From the NCBI GenBank assembly GCA_002633005.1, contig NMRA01000127.1, positions 767,253 to 831,252 on the forward strand: 64,000 nt of DNA. The letters are read 5' to 3'. The first letter of the stretch is position 1. Each line of letters starts with the position of its first letter. The position numbers and the translations under genes were made by a program. The notes beneath the pieces were generated by a model. The model saw only the letters and a list, made by a program, of their open reading frames with translations, made no database searches and was not told where the DNA came from. Of the stretch, positions 49,371-63,009 are shown piece after piece. This DNA comes from Phoronis australis. Its lineage: Eukaryota; Animalia; Phoronida.

Positions 49371-52300
49371 CTGTTCCAAAACAAAAGTATTTCATGCGCC
49401 TATTTCATCCTTAAGGTAGTTAAAATTCTTCTGCAGCACGCAATTTGTACAGATGTAATAAACCTTCGAAATAGTGAATCTTCGAAGTAGTAAACCTTCT
49501 AAATAGTGGGCTATTCCCATTTCCAGCAATGTAAGGAACTTCAATAAAGCGCAAAAATACAACAAAGTAAACAATTTCGTCAAATATTCACCGACTAAAC
49601 TTTATATTTCTGTCCGAGCATATAATCAGTTTAACCACTCATTTAAGCATGCCTGATTTAACTAGTTTTGGCAGGAGGTAACGTGAGAACGTTCTCTTGC
49701 TGGACCATAAATTACATCCGAATTTGAGTCCTGTTCTTTCCGAGCAACCGCCACAGCATCCTCATTTCTGGTATTACAAGTTCCGTTTCATCTCAGGAAC
49801 ATAGCATGGGCGGCGCAGCACTGAAAAAAGTGGACGGCTAGAGAGCCCCAGCCCCCTGTGGTGCACTGCCCATAGATCATGGGCTACCGTATTGAAAAAA
49901 TGGGAGGCAACGACCCCCCCAGCCCCCTACGGTGCGCCGCCCACGCATAGAGCTGAGAGTCATCGTTATGTAAACAGATTTCCCATCCCCCCAATTAAGC
50001 TGCATCAAAGGCCTTACGGGAAACTCTTCAGTGTGGACGTTTGCAAAACATCACAGGTCCACCGTTCTAGAAATTCGAACCACCCCCCGGCGCTCAACTC
50101 TGGCTACGAGCCGGCGATAGCACCTCTGAAATCTAGTACGATCCCGAAGACAAAAACCCGCCTAGCACCATTTTTACTCGCATTGGCGACTGGGCGAGCG
50201 GCTAAGTATATGCCTGGGAAGGATACCGACGAGTTGGAATTGGTACGTTCAGGCACTGCACAGTACACCAAGAAGGCCAGCTGATGACCGCTCACGACTT
50301 ATCAGTGTGCCTCGTTTTCGATCAGTATTTAAAGATGGCGCGGGAAGATGGCGCTTTCGTGAAATAGGTGAATAGATCGCAGATATGCATCCCTGAACTC
50401 CACACACGCACCGAAAAGACTCAGCCCATACATGATGATAAAAGGCCCTTCCCTTAGACTACTAGTTCCACGGTTGTACTGTTAATTCTCAGCTAGGATA
50501 TAAAAGCATGACTTGAATCTGGTCCCCGGAACTTGGTTATCGTGTATGGAGCAATTCAGGTGCCTGTACTGTATGGACTTTAGGGATGCGAGCCTGGGGA
50601 ATTGGTTGCTGCTGGTCCGGCACTGGAGTTTAGGGTGACCGTAACTGAAACTTGAAGGCGCTTGCACAGAAACTGTTTCCACATTATGCTAAGTAATTAG
50701 CGGAACTCTGTCCTGTGGAAGAAATAGAATAAATTACACTGAATCGTGGAAACCTTGTAATTAATTGCAATTGTTTGATTCACGTGCATAGTTTGTATCT
50801 CCATTAGCTGTATCTAGAGTGTTCATTCGAAATGAATAATGTCAACCCGTATTTGCCTAAGTTATAAGTTATGCAAATTTATGATGTAATGGCCAGCATT
50901 AATAAACCAGGAAAACATGGATGCAAATATCAAGGTGATTTACATGAAGTGCTACGTAAGGCAATCACGAATAGAGGTAGAATATTTGATAATGGTGGAC
51001 ATTATTTGCATAAATTATGAAAATTTATAATGCAACAACTTGCACATGAATTTCATTAATTTAATTGCAAATAGAAATAGCGGAGAAAATATCAATACAA
51101 TTTAACTGTGGTGCTTTTTATCCAACCTATAGGTACAAATAGGCGGCAATAATTTGCATAAATTATGTAAATTCACAATTATCCACCTGTAAACCAACTC
51201 CATTTAATTCACTGACTTTGGAAACATAGGTAGTACATCAAAATAATCTATCTATTTTACTTCGTAAGGAAATTATTAAAAACAAAATTTTGCTTAATGG
51301 CGGCCTTAATTTACATATTTATAAAATTCTCAAGGTGGTAATGATTACAAGCCATCTAAAGTGCTTCCCTCCGGGGTACTAACTCAACGCAAAACTAATA
51401 AAAACCTTATTACAAAGAATTTCTACTAATGTTTGATGATAAAAACAAAAATTGAAGACGACAATGTCTGTTGGCTTCTCCTAAAATGTTATATAACTCA
51501 GCACATTTAGTATTTGGATTTCGAGATTTTAGCACCTCCTTACATAGTGTCCCACTGCCATTCACACAACTTGCACTATTAAATTCATTGACCATGAAAA
51601 CATGGGTAAAACGTCAAAATTATCTGGCTGCAGTGCTTGGTAAGGAAATTATAAGCAAAAATAGAATTTTGCATAATGGCGACCTTAATTTGCATATTTA
51701 AAAATGCTCAATACTTAACCTAGGCTACATGAAACAGCAAAGAAAAAAACTTTATCCGGCAAAACCAGGTTCAACCCCCTGGCTCCCGGACTAAATTTAA
51801 TGTCATGTTCTTTAGGGCACGCGTGCCAATTTTAACCACAATGCCTTGTAAACATGCAGATGAGTACGGAAACTAACGAATACTGAATCGAACGAGCGTG
51901 CCACACACAGGAGTAAAACGTCACAGATGTCTTACTTTTAATTGATGCCCGATGTTATGACAGACAACTTGATCTGACAATAAAGGGGAAAATGTGATGG
52001 ACGCGTGCAGTGTCTTCAAGTGAAGTGAATCACTTCGATAAAAAGTCATCTAGCCTACATCAAGTTAGCTACAAAAAGCACAGGGTGTGTTCTAAAGATT
52101 AATGAAGTTATAGGTACCTGCAAAGGCTACCTGTGTCGTTGTTACTGTTGCTAGTAGTTAACCGGTAACTATTAGTGTGAAATAACAATATCACATAAAA
52201 ATATAGCCAAAATCCGAATGTGCAAGAATAATAAACTTGTTCATGTCTAGAGTTGCTGGCAGTGAAAACTCATCAGACAGGGCATTTGACGATCATTATT

Positions 52301-53616
52301 GGAACTAGACTCTCCCTCCTACAATGGTATCTTGAGTAGATAATTCAGTCAGAACAAACTCAATCCAAACACGTACTCCCTGAACGAAAGGATGTTGTAT
52401 TGCACGGTACTAGATGTAATATACACAGGGTAGCAGCAAGGGACTAGTTCCTTATTTGCTTATAGAATGAACACGCAGACTTCATAAGTTCTTCACAACG
52501 TCGAAGTAAGCAATGAAAGACTATCTTGACAGTAAGCTCTAGCAGAACCTTTCGTTTTTAAATACTCAATAGATTCAGTCATAGGGCCAACAAATGTTGC
52601 AATATCCTAAATTATATTCCGTTTGTGACTTAGTCTTTTGAATGCAGCAGACGGCGCTTAGCCTAAAACTGTTATGTCGGCGTTGGCTCCAACAAGTGTC
52701 GCGTAATTTGCGGCCATACTACGAGTTGACATTTGGCAACCCAAAGACACAATTCGTATGGCCAACTGCAATTTGACACAACGTATATCCCTCAATATTT
52801 GTCCTTAAATGTGCAACCAGAAGGTTTTTGGCTTTAAAAGAAACTTTTTAGTTTAAACGCCTAAAATTTGAAAATCAATTAAATACATTTCATTTACCGA
52901 TAGAGGGTTGGGCCTAAACGCACTTAAATGTAAAGCGGCTCCAATGTCCGGATTTAAGTGCATCATTGACCATATGTGCGTAGACATGCAGTTTTAATCT
53001 CACTCGAATTCCACCACCGACAAGGTTAATCGTTAGCTTTTCGAACGATAACCATTACGTCGAATGGCAACGGATACTCTTCCGGTTTACTACCATAGAA
53101 GAAGTATACCGGACATGCCGCTCAGATGGATGACTTTGACGGCTACTTTCCGTTTTATACTACAGCGTCCCTTCTCTGACAAGATTCGCTACAATAGTGT
53201 GCCGATGTCCGCTTCTAGCTAGGAAACACATAGCAGGTTTTTAGAAAATGTGTATTCTTAAATTTGATTGTAAAAGATATTCTCATTTTTCTTATTATAT
53301 ATTCTGTATATTTTTAAGCTGGCCAATAATCCCTACAAAGGGATCAGGATCACGCAATTACTTTTTATGTAGTCCACTCTCCCAAAAATATAATCAAGTA
53401 CCCCCCCGGGATACTTGTGATCAAAGCCACTATCACAATAAAATAATCGGAAGCAAGTTATCACGTTAGTCTACTTGGAAACGACATTATTGTCACCGTA
53501 TGCAGGTTAAAAGATACCATACCGACAAGTAGGGAATAGGTGAAGAACTTGGTCGAATAATTTGAAATGAAGGTACACTGTTGACCAGTCACCAAGCGTT
53601 AACAACTAACAGAAAA

Positions 53617-53653
53617 ATGAGGACTTTTCTTTTTTTGTTTCTCCTTAAAGCAG
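53617..53653 (+). CDS. Possible signal-peptide first exon (MRTFLFLFLLKA)
   Basis: ATG, short hydrophobic run and G|gtaaag phase-1 donor; phase-compatible with cag acceptors at 56454/56457. Confidence 0.25.
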
Positions 53654-55311
53654 GTAAAGTTTATATATATTTTCATATTGTTTATTAAATTCAAAGCCGA
53701 TTAATGTATGAATATGAGGTTAACCCACGAATAAGTATTTCAGACTTTACTTGAATTTGGATTGTGCGGCCTGAGTATTAGATAATGGCGGAGATCTGTA
53801 ACAAAACAGAAAGTGCCACTTTAACTTTGCTAATGAAAATCTGCCTAAAGCAAAGCATTTTACATTTAAGCGTTCCAAGCCTGAATTACACAAAAATAAC
53901 TTTGGGTCAGAGTCTTCCTTCATAGGTGTGCCAGAATCATTGCTTTGAGATCTGATCAAAATATTGCTATACTTTTTAATAAATCGAAACGTTGAGCACG
54001 AACTTGTTTGTATCTATACTCATTAAAGTACCATTGATTTTTTGACCAAGAATTAAATGTTATTTTCAGATAGAGCCATGGTTTAGAAAACGATATGCTC
54101 GTCTTACTTATTGCGTTCAAAATGATTTACAGGCGTTTTAGCAATAACAGTCTGATCTAAAAAATCTAGTTGATTTCCAACACCGAAATAAATTCCTAGA
54201 GAGAGCACGTGATACAAATGAGAAAGGGCATAGCTTTGGAGGCGATTGGGATGGTAGGCTTTTGTAGGCTTTGTTTCCTGACAGATGCCTTAAACAACTT
54301 GTTCTGAAATGGATAATTTCGATCCCGCTGCAAACAGCGTGAGGCATTAAAAAGAGTAAAAAGAAACCTCTCTTTGAAAAGTTTTGCATGAGAATATGCT
54401 AGTTTCCACGGTATTGACACCGGATCCGACTTGAAAATTGCGTCATTGTTGATTTCCATCGACGATTTATTCTTAAACATGAACAAAATCCCTCCTATAT
54501 GATGTTTCACTTTCGTAGTAATGTTGCTCATCACTGGAGCCCCAACTAAAATTTGGCGACCATCGAACCCTGGTGTCATATTTCACATTTTCATCAATGA
54601 AAATTACGAATTACTGTTTTTCCAAAAGTCTTTAAAATGAAATCATATAAACAATCTGGTTATTTACTTAGGCTACTGAAATTAATTCTTGAATTTCTGA
54701 TGGTGCAGCTATAAAATGGTCCCGAAAGTTGAATAACACCGAAAATCCCCTTTTATGAACTAGAAAGACTGAACACACAAAAGGCAAGCGTGCGCAGGAC
54801 TGCTCGGCAAACCACCTTTTGACTGATGCTACCTTAAAGAGGTAAAAAACAAAACAGAATAATGAATTTCTTAAACTTTGAGTTTGAACTGGAGAACACC
54901 ACCAACTTGTGATTTTCTTTTGGTGCGCCCTCGGTCCCAAACTTGTGTGTATTACATACCCATTAGCCAAGAACGTTGCAGACCCTTGGTTTACTAAAAC
55001 TCACAAATACCATGAAGTTTAAATACTCATAAAAATGTATTTCTGCGACTGGCCAAAGATGAGATCGCGCGTTTACTTTTTGATCATCCCAGGATCTCGA
55101 GATCCCGATATAATTATCTCAGTCGATAATTTCAGCTTGTGAATCAACTGCAATCTAAAGAGCAATTCAAAATCGCGACGGTTGTGGTGAATAACCTTAA
55201 AATGGTTCACTGGGTTATTTCAAACGGAATCAGGTTAAAATATTGCGTCATTAATTAATGTGAAAGCTGTTGGTGGGAAATTATAGGTGGAGCGTCCTAA
55301 ACCCTGTGATG

Positions 55312-56105
55312 TATTATGGGTAATAACAATTTTGTAGTACTGATATACGTATGATTATTATGGGTAATAACAATTTTGTAGTACTGATACATGTATGATT
55401 ATTATGGGTAATAAAAATTTTGTAGTACTGATATATGTATGATTAATAGGGGTAATAACAATTTTGTAGTACTGATATATGTATGATTATTATGGGTAAT
55501 AACAATTTTGTAGTACTGATATATATATATGATTATTATGGGTAATAACAATTTTGTAGTACTGATATATGTATGATTATTATGGGTAATAACAAGTTAA
55601 TAGTACTGATATATGTATGATTATTATGGGTAATAACAATTTTGTTGTACTGATATATGTATGATTATTACGGGTAATAACAATTCTGTAGTGCTGATAT
55701 ATGTATGATTATTATGGGTAATAACAAGTTAAAAATACTGATATATGTATGATTATTATGGGTAATAACAATTTTGTTGTACTGATATATGTATGATTAT
55801 TACGGGTAATAACAATTTTGTAGTACTGATATATGTATGATTATTATGGGTAATAACAAGTTTATAGTACTGATATATGTATGATTATTATGGGTAATAA
55901 CAATTTTGTAGTACTGATATATGTATGATTATTATGGGTAATAACAATTTTGTAGTACTGATATATGTATGATTATTATGGGTAATAACAAGTTAATAGT
56001 ACTGATATATGTATGATTATTATGGGTAATAACAATTTTGTAGTACTGATATATGTATGATTATTACGGGTAATAACAATTCTGTAGTACTGATATATGT
56101 ATGAT
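55312..56105. repeat. 44-bp minisatellite, ~18 copies
   Basis: Unit TATTATGGGTAATAACAATTTTGTAGTACTGATATATGTATGAT. Confidence 0.95.
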
Positions 56106-56449
56106 TTCAAACGTAATACACTAGTCAACGACGGTATACCAAGATTAATCCAAGAAACATAACCTGTGTTTCGACCAAAAATCCTTTTTAAAGTATAATT
56201 GGTTGGTAAAGTTTTCCGGAGGTTCTCAGTTTGACAGGAACTATGACACATAATCCGTTATGTGATTATATTAGAAACGCTAATGCATTTTTGACGTTGT
56301 CTGCTAACCATTCGCTATTTATCAAACTGGGTTTATCTCGCACAGCATAGAGTTGGGCTGCTAGCGCTGAGATTGGAAAGAGTTGAACTCAGGATACCAC
56401 CCCATACAATACAATCTTCTTTTGTAGTTTTTTCGTCATAAATTCATAG

Positions 56450-57242
56450 AGCAGCAGGTGAAAGGTCAGTGGGGATGCTGTTGATTGTATTGTCAAGCGT
56501 GACAACCGAACTAATTTCAACAACCGCCGTGCAAAGTAACGTTCGCTCTGCTACCTCCGTATTGACAACTGAACCACTGTCAACAACCACTGTGGACAGT
56601 AGCGGTTATCCTTCTACATCCATAGTGAGAACTGAACCTCTCTTAACTAACAGTATGGACACTGTTGTTCAACTTTTGACACTCATGATAAGAACTGAAC
56701 CACCATCAATAACCAATGTGGACACTGTTGTTCTCTCTTCTACACCCACTGTCATGCGCCGGGGTGGGGGCTTGGGGAGCTCGTTCGAGGCCCCCCCATT
56801 TGGCGAAGCGGGCAAAAAGGTCCGCCTCAGAGAAACTAAAAGTCAACTAAACAGCCGCAAGCGCGAAATTCACAGTGGTACCCCCTTTTTTAGTCCTCCC
56901 GTTGTTTTGTTAGTAAAAGATCTACATCGTCAGAAATTCGAGTCCCCCCAGCTGAACCACTGTCAACAACCATTATGGACATTAACGTTCTCCCTTCTAC
57001 ATCCACAGTGCCAACTGAACCACTGCCAACAACCAATGTGGACACTATGGTTCTCCCTTCTACATCCACTGCGGCAGCTGAACCACTGTCAACAACCAAT
57101 ATGGACACTAACGCTCTCCCTTCCACATCCACAACGGCAACAGAACCACTGTCAACAGGCAGTGTGGAGAGTACATCCATAGTAAGAACTGAACCTCTGT
57201 CGATAACCAGTATGGACACTATGGTTCTCCCTTCTACATCCA
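56450..57242 (+). CDS. Ser/Thr/Pro-rich mucin-like repeat ORF (63-nt/21-aa unit, TEPLSTTxxDTxVLPSTS), interrupted and frame-shifted by a ~200-bp insertion at ~56750-56950
   Basis: ORF track 56469-57182 and 56975-57400; unit periodicity seen at 56568 and 56631. Confidence 0.5.
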
Positions 57243-58159
57243 AGCATTGCATTTTACTAGGCAACGTTGGTTTGATAATCTGTATTGAGCTCAGAAAAAT
57301 AAGGAACAAAAAGCAAAGATATGTAAATGGAAAGGGTACATGTCTTTTACATAATTTTCCACATCCCTGTATGTTCTGTAGTCATTGCCTGCAAGGGTGA
57401 TGATGGAATCATAAATTGTTGCAAAAAAAATTTGCAGATTTTCTGTGAGTCAAAGTGAATCCTTTAAAATTAAATCAAAAAGGGATCCTTTTAGGGAATT
57501 TGTCTGAAAAGGCACCCCTTTGTAGTATACTGGTCTTGGAAATAGTCAACCATTTGAGCGGTACATCCCATGTGCACCTACCTTCAATGGGACTCCGGTA
57601 AAAGCTATCCGGCTATCCTGTTTCAGACAAAAGTAATAGCCACAATTGATCTTTTTTCATTTTTTAACACTTTTAACATTGCAACGGATGCTCATACTTT
57701 CTCAGAATCATTGTTTGGTTGGTAGCTATGTTATTGGCTTTTCAAAGTGTTGTAGCATTTGTTTGGTGCTTCTTTTCTTGTATTTAAAAATGACGAGAGT
57801 AAAATTTCACCTGTCGGCCATATTGTGTCTTAAACTGATAAGATTTTACCCTACATAACAATGAACATTACCTTATTACGACTATTGTCTACTTTTATGA
57901 CGTATTGTCTTTGTCTTCTTATTGCTTTAGATGACAGTGTTATACAGAAGGATATTTTAACATTTCAGGGAAACGACACATTCTCAAATCTCGCTCAAGA
58001 AGAGTATAGTATTTTCGTTCGTTCGTTGGAGCACGCCATCTTGGCCATAGACCAGGCAAATTGCTTCCGGTAAATGCACTGACCAGTGTTTTGTTTATAG
58101 TTAGAGGAATTGATATTTGGAGGACGGAAGCCTGGTCATCAAAAGCAGGGCCCCATTAT

Positions 58160-59825
58160 TTGTGTACTTAATTTATGCGTACGTACAATTTGGTTACTTC
58201 TCTTCCGGTTGCTGTTCGTCTGAAATACAGACGTTCATGTAAGCCTAGTCGTCTTTTATTATTCTCGGCGTGGTGGCAGTAGCAATCGAACCATGGCGAA
58301 AGCACCGTAGCAATGGTGTTTAAATAGATGTGAAACTGATAACTGGAAGAATACCATTACTTACATCTTGTCACTCAACCCATATTTTGCGGACTTTCTG
58401 CAACCAGATTATGCTGGCGAAAAGCCGAAGTCCCTTTGATGGGTTTATTTGACGATACAGACGCTGTACCTGAATACCGTCAACGTACAGCCGGTCAGAA
58501 ACTAACCCACTTCAAGCTCATGCTATGCCAATTGGCCAACTATTGTCCTGTGGTTGCCCGTAGTGCTATTGTCAAACATTCCACCTCACTTGCCGGTATA
58601 TGGCAAAATCCGCACGGCTTTCAGACATCCGGAGGACATTTCATTGGTTTTCTGATATTCGCCGACGAACGCCCGCAAGCGAATCGTGTCATTCATCGGA
58701 GACAATTTCCTTGGCCCGGACAACACCATTCTACACCATGGCGTGCTTATCACAGACGACCTTAAAGAATTTAACAGTCCTCACTTGGTTACTTTTTATT
58801 CACCCAGGTTTACCTCACTCATCCAGCAGCGATATGGTCCCGAACTGCGAAGTAAGTCACTTGCATCGAAAAAAACGGAAATTTCGCAGGCACTCCAGCC
58901 ATTGCTTGACGAGTTACAAACACTCCAAGATGCCAAGGCGTTGCGGGCATTCCCTCGCAAAGCAACCTCGGTCCCTCGCCGAAGCCCAGCAAAGTCCTGT
59001 CAACTGTGTAAACAGGCTCATCGCTCCCAGTTTGATCACTACTTAATTTGTCTTCACTGGATGATGCTTTTTCAGGACGCGATTCCAAGGATCCACTGAC
59101 ATGGTCTGATGAGTTAGTCAGTGCATTTTCTGCCTCCCAGAAGACACTCTCGTCTAACAAGGTCATTACACTCCCACGTCCTCGCTATCTCGTGGTTAGT
59201 CGCGACGGTTCTTGGCTCATTCAGAAATTTTTGGCAACAAACTTCGCTCAACATCCTATCGTGTTAAAGATACGGAGTGCTACAAAGTCTTCACGATATG
59301 GTCACCCTCATTATCCCCGGGGCTTCCTGATTCCAGCATTGAAGCAGCTGATGATGACGATCCTGTTATGCCACTATCCTCAAGGCCGACGCCCATCTCA
59401 CAACCTCCACTTTAGCCTCCCGCTCCCGAAATTCCCTCTAAGTTGGCCCCGGTCCATCATACATCGTCTGAGGATGTGGCTGTGGCTATCAACTCCGGTT
59501 TACTTGATGCCACGTCCGAAGCAGTTGATGTCCCTGCAGTTAGTGATGCCCTCCTCGACGCTTTACGAGGCCCCGTCGCCTTCCAGCACGTCTACAGGAC
59601 TTTTTTTTAAAATAATGTTTGTGCTTACAGTTCGTCACTATACCCCTTTCGTATTTATAAACCTTAAGTACTATTAGCTTTATCCGTTTAAAATTAAAGA
59701 GAAGTTGCGCCGTTAATTGTGTCCTTTATTCGTAAGTATAATTTGGTTACTTCCTTACCGGTTACTGTTCGACTAAAATACAGACGTTCATGTAAGGCTA
59801 GTCATCTTTTATTATTGCTGGCGGG
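58160..59825 (+). mobile_element. Internally deleted Gypsy-type LTR retrotransposon remnant
   Basis: Diverged ~110-bp direct repeats at ~58162-58269 and ~59718-59823; gag-like AP*QWCL...ILSLNPYFADFL and QKLTHFKLMLCQLANYCPVVAR; RT-RNaseH linker-like LTWSDELVSAF...ITLPRP; frameshifts present. Confidence 0.75.
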
Positions 59826-62152
59826 GGACTTACTAGAGTGACTTTGGCGGTTAGGAACTCTGGAGGAATTTAGTGCAACTGCACCCCTGTGTTAAATAAG
59901 TTTTTTCAATGGACGCTGTTGAAGTCTGAGAGTTACATGACATTAGACAAAAGGAAGTAAAATTTTCTGTTGGAGATTTGTATTTGTTTGAATTTATTTC
60001 GTGGATTAATTCCCTTTTGGGTGAATTGTCAAGAATAGTTGCACAAACTGTCAGAATCATTTCATTAACTAAGGGTAAACTCATAGTAAGTCCTCAATTG
60101 AAAATGAAAAACTAAAGTGTGGGTGTTGTAGTCTGGGGAACTTAATGAATTCACCTATTTGGAGACTTATATACTGTGAGCGCAATTCAGACTGGCGTAT
60201 TAAAACAGAATCCGTTATACTTACCCGTTCTTCTTTGTAAATATCAAGTCTGTTCTTGTATCATTGGCTTATTGCAGGTTGCGTGGGGAGTCCCGTTATA
60301 CTTACCCGTCCTTCTTTGTAAATATCAAGTCTGTTCTTGTATCATTGGCTTATTGCAGGTTGCGTGGGGAGTTTTCTAATCTGAACGACTCAGGCAAAGC
60401 TGACTGGAGAAATGACGACCATCAACAGCTGCTCAGGTATCTTGTGTTCACCGTGTGTTAATATATACTCAGTTTAAGGCATGGTACGTAAGGCCGCGGC
60501 CTTACAGGCAATATGATATGTTATGCGAACATACAACAATCTCAAATATATGGCCATAACATTTTTTTGAACGTAAGGTCACTCATCAGCCTCTTGTTGT
60601 TATCCACCAATAAGCCGTGACCATAATATTCAATGCCTTGAATGTTAACAAATTGTTTAGCTAAAACCAATCTATGAAAATCTTTATTATACAGTAAAAA
60701 AAATGCTTATTTTGTGATTTCATATTCAAATTAATGCTTTTGTTCTCTATAGAAAGTAGCAGAGCATTTTATTTTAAGGTCATCGCAAGCATTTTAAATT
60801 AGAAATCCATGTCAGCTAATATTCTGAAGCCCCAAAATCATTTATAATGTTGGAAAGAATCATTGTGAAAACTGAATTTAGTGGTAAGTGCTCAAATTTG
60901 TGTCTTCATCATCTGCTTTCATTATTTGGCCTAATAACCAGATTTCTTCGAAATGCAACCGACCCATTGGACATAGTTGTTTCAAGTACAATTTGCGGTG
61001 TTTTATTTGGCGTAATAAGTTAAAAATAAAACGTATTGTGACCTCGTGACCTTAGAGTGACACGTGGGTCGCTAAACATTTTGAGACCGCAAAATTAATT
61101 ACCAAGTCGTGCAGTAAGCACTGTTACATGATGCTCGGTAATAACACTGCATGGTGCGGGCTGTGTGTGCTTCCAAGATATGATGTGAATGAAGAGCTCA
61201 TTCTTTATGCAGAATTTTTTGTTTTACAAAGTTTGTATGAAATACAACTGCGCCTGTAGCTTGGCTATTGTGAGATATGTTACAGTAGGATTGCTGTTTT
61301 TTCCTGATATCTTGTGACAGTTAGAAGTGCAAAAATACATCTTTGACTTGTGTTTGTTTGGTCCAGGCAATGATTGAGATCCATGAATATCTCAAGACTG
61401 ATACATTTTTTCATGTATCAATTCTCAATTTCTGATCTCCATGTATTGTGTCTAAACCTTTATACACTTGTTTATGTATCAATTCTCAATCCTGATACAC
61501 TATTTTCACTGCTAATACATTTGTTCATGTATCTATTCTCAATTCTGATGCACCTGTTCATGTATCTATTTTCGTTGGTTATACATTTATTCATGTATCT
61601 ATTCTCAATCCTCATACACTTGTTCATGTATGCGTTCTCATGCTCTAGGGCCAATATGACGACTGCCTGTGATGTTGCAGCCGTTACCAAGCAATGGGAG
61701 CTACAGAAAAAGATCGCAGTTCTTGTCGTCAGTGAGTTCTTCGAACAAGGTTACATCAAGCCAGCTGTAAGTTTTCGTTATAATAAGTTAGTTAGTTTTA
61801 ACATATTACTTAAGCTGTGAATAATGTTACACATTATGAGGTGACAAGTTGCATTGTAATGTTTAGACTTCTGCCCAGGAATTGTTACCAATATGCGGCA
61901 TTTTGTGAGTGAACAAATTACGTGATTTATGCGGTTCAAAAGTTATGGCTTGGCTACACTTCATAAAAGGGGAGGGGAATCTCATATGGTGTCAGATTGG
62001 ACTGACATACAGTTGTCTCCAAACTGCTCTATACCCATGCACTGGAAAATAGATGCGTGTAATTTGAATTTGAATTGTCATAAGTATAGTCAACAGACAA
62101 CGCTGTTGCTGTTTTTATCAGTTTTGTATGTGAATAAACATGCTGGACTTGT

Positions 62153-62752
62153 CACTATGGTGGGCCGTTGAGGGGAAAGTGTCGCCGTAAAATTACGCTG
62201 GTAATTACGAGCGTAAATTAAATTGCAGGAGTGTCGCCGTACAATTACGCTCGTAAATTAAATGGGGAAAAAATTCGCCGTCAAATTACTCTCGTAATTA
62301 CGAGCGTAAATTAAATTGCAAAAAGTGCTGCAGTAAAATTTCGCCCGTAAATTAAATGGGGGAAATGTCGCCGTAAATTTCTTTAAGAACGTTCCAAATT
62401 TAAACCAACCAGTGTTGACCTAACATACACGACTGTTGCTAGGCAGCTCGTTCTTGCACAATCCCTGACATTGCAGCAGCGATTTGATCCGCCATGATTC
62501 AGCGCTCGTATCGTAGACATGTAACCCGTCAGTAAATAAGTATTTCCATGAGCACGCGCGACCGTGGATTGTAAAACCCAACGTCATTGGCTAAGAGTTT
62601 AAACTAAATTACGAGCGTAATTTTACGCCGTAAAAAATTAAATTACACTCGTAATTTTACGGCGTAATTAACGACGTAAATAACGGCGTAATGTCCATGA
62701 TTACTCTCGTATTTTTCCTGCGACACTTTCCCCCCAACGGCCCATCATAGGC
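62153..62752. mobile_element. CACTA/EnSpm-like non-autonomous element inserted in the PDE duplicate
   Basis: Begins CACTATGGTGGGCCGTTG.GGGGAAAGTGTCGC with an inverted match at the right end; subterminal AATTACGAGCGTAA repeats; absent from the source locus near 25900. Confidence 0.65.
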
Positions 62753-63009
62753 ACAGGCGCTCCACGATTACTTCTTAACACGCATCTGGCGGTGACCATT
62801 TCAGCGCAGATGTTCTTATTTCAGCTTTTATTTTCACGCATTGTTCTCTACAATAGTTTTCTCACTGTTCCAGTCGGAATTTTCTCTAATCATCACAAGT
62901 GATGGTTTGGAACCATCATGAGTGATGGTTTGGTTGTGTGATACTCAAGTATTGATTTACCTCACTTGATGCTTACCCATAATTCCCAGGAAGTAGTGTG
63001 GACTGGTGG

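Larger units (their letters stand above)
57243..63005 (+). pseudogene. Decayed duplicate of PDE segment ~22612-26135 (exon copies 57969-58069, 60359-60436, 61649-61766)
   Basis: Colinear exon and intron similarity; ATDLALYF changed to AIDQANCF; 18-nt in-frame deletion in the third exon; several insertions. Confidence 0.9.

Noticed and set aside
49392-49583. HYLEGLLLRR...CTNC as a P-element transposase C-terminus
   Set aside because: The DNA is a short cactatt.cgaagg repeat; the peptide similarity looks coincidental.
54070-54600. Coding exon or ORFs 54138/54196
   Set aside because: Stops follow the candidate acceptor in every frame, and the minus-strand ORFs have no recognisable motif.
55312-56105. 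CRISPR-like array
   Set aside because: Units are contiguous with no unique spacers, no cas genes, and the context is eukaryotic.
56890-57309. Val/Asp-rich minus-strand ORFs (also 62962-63366, 63578-63853)
   Set aside because: Antisense shadows of the Ser/Thr 63-nt repeat.
57243-63005. Functional second PDE gene
   Set aside because: Lacks the YHN and HDxxH exons, and conserved residues (TDLA, PW, GD) are altered.
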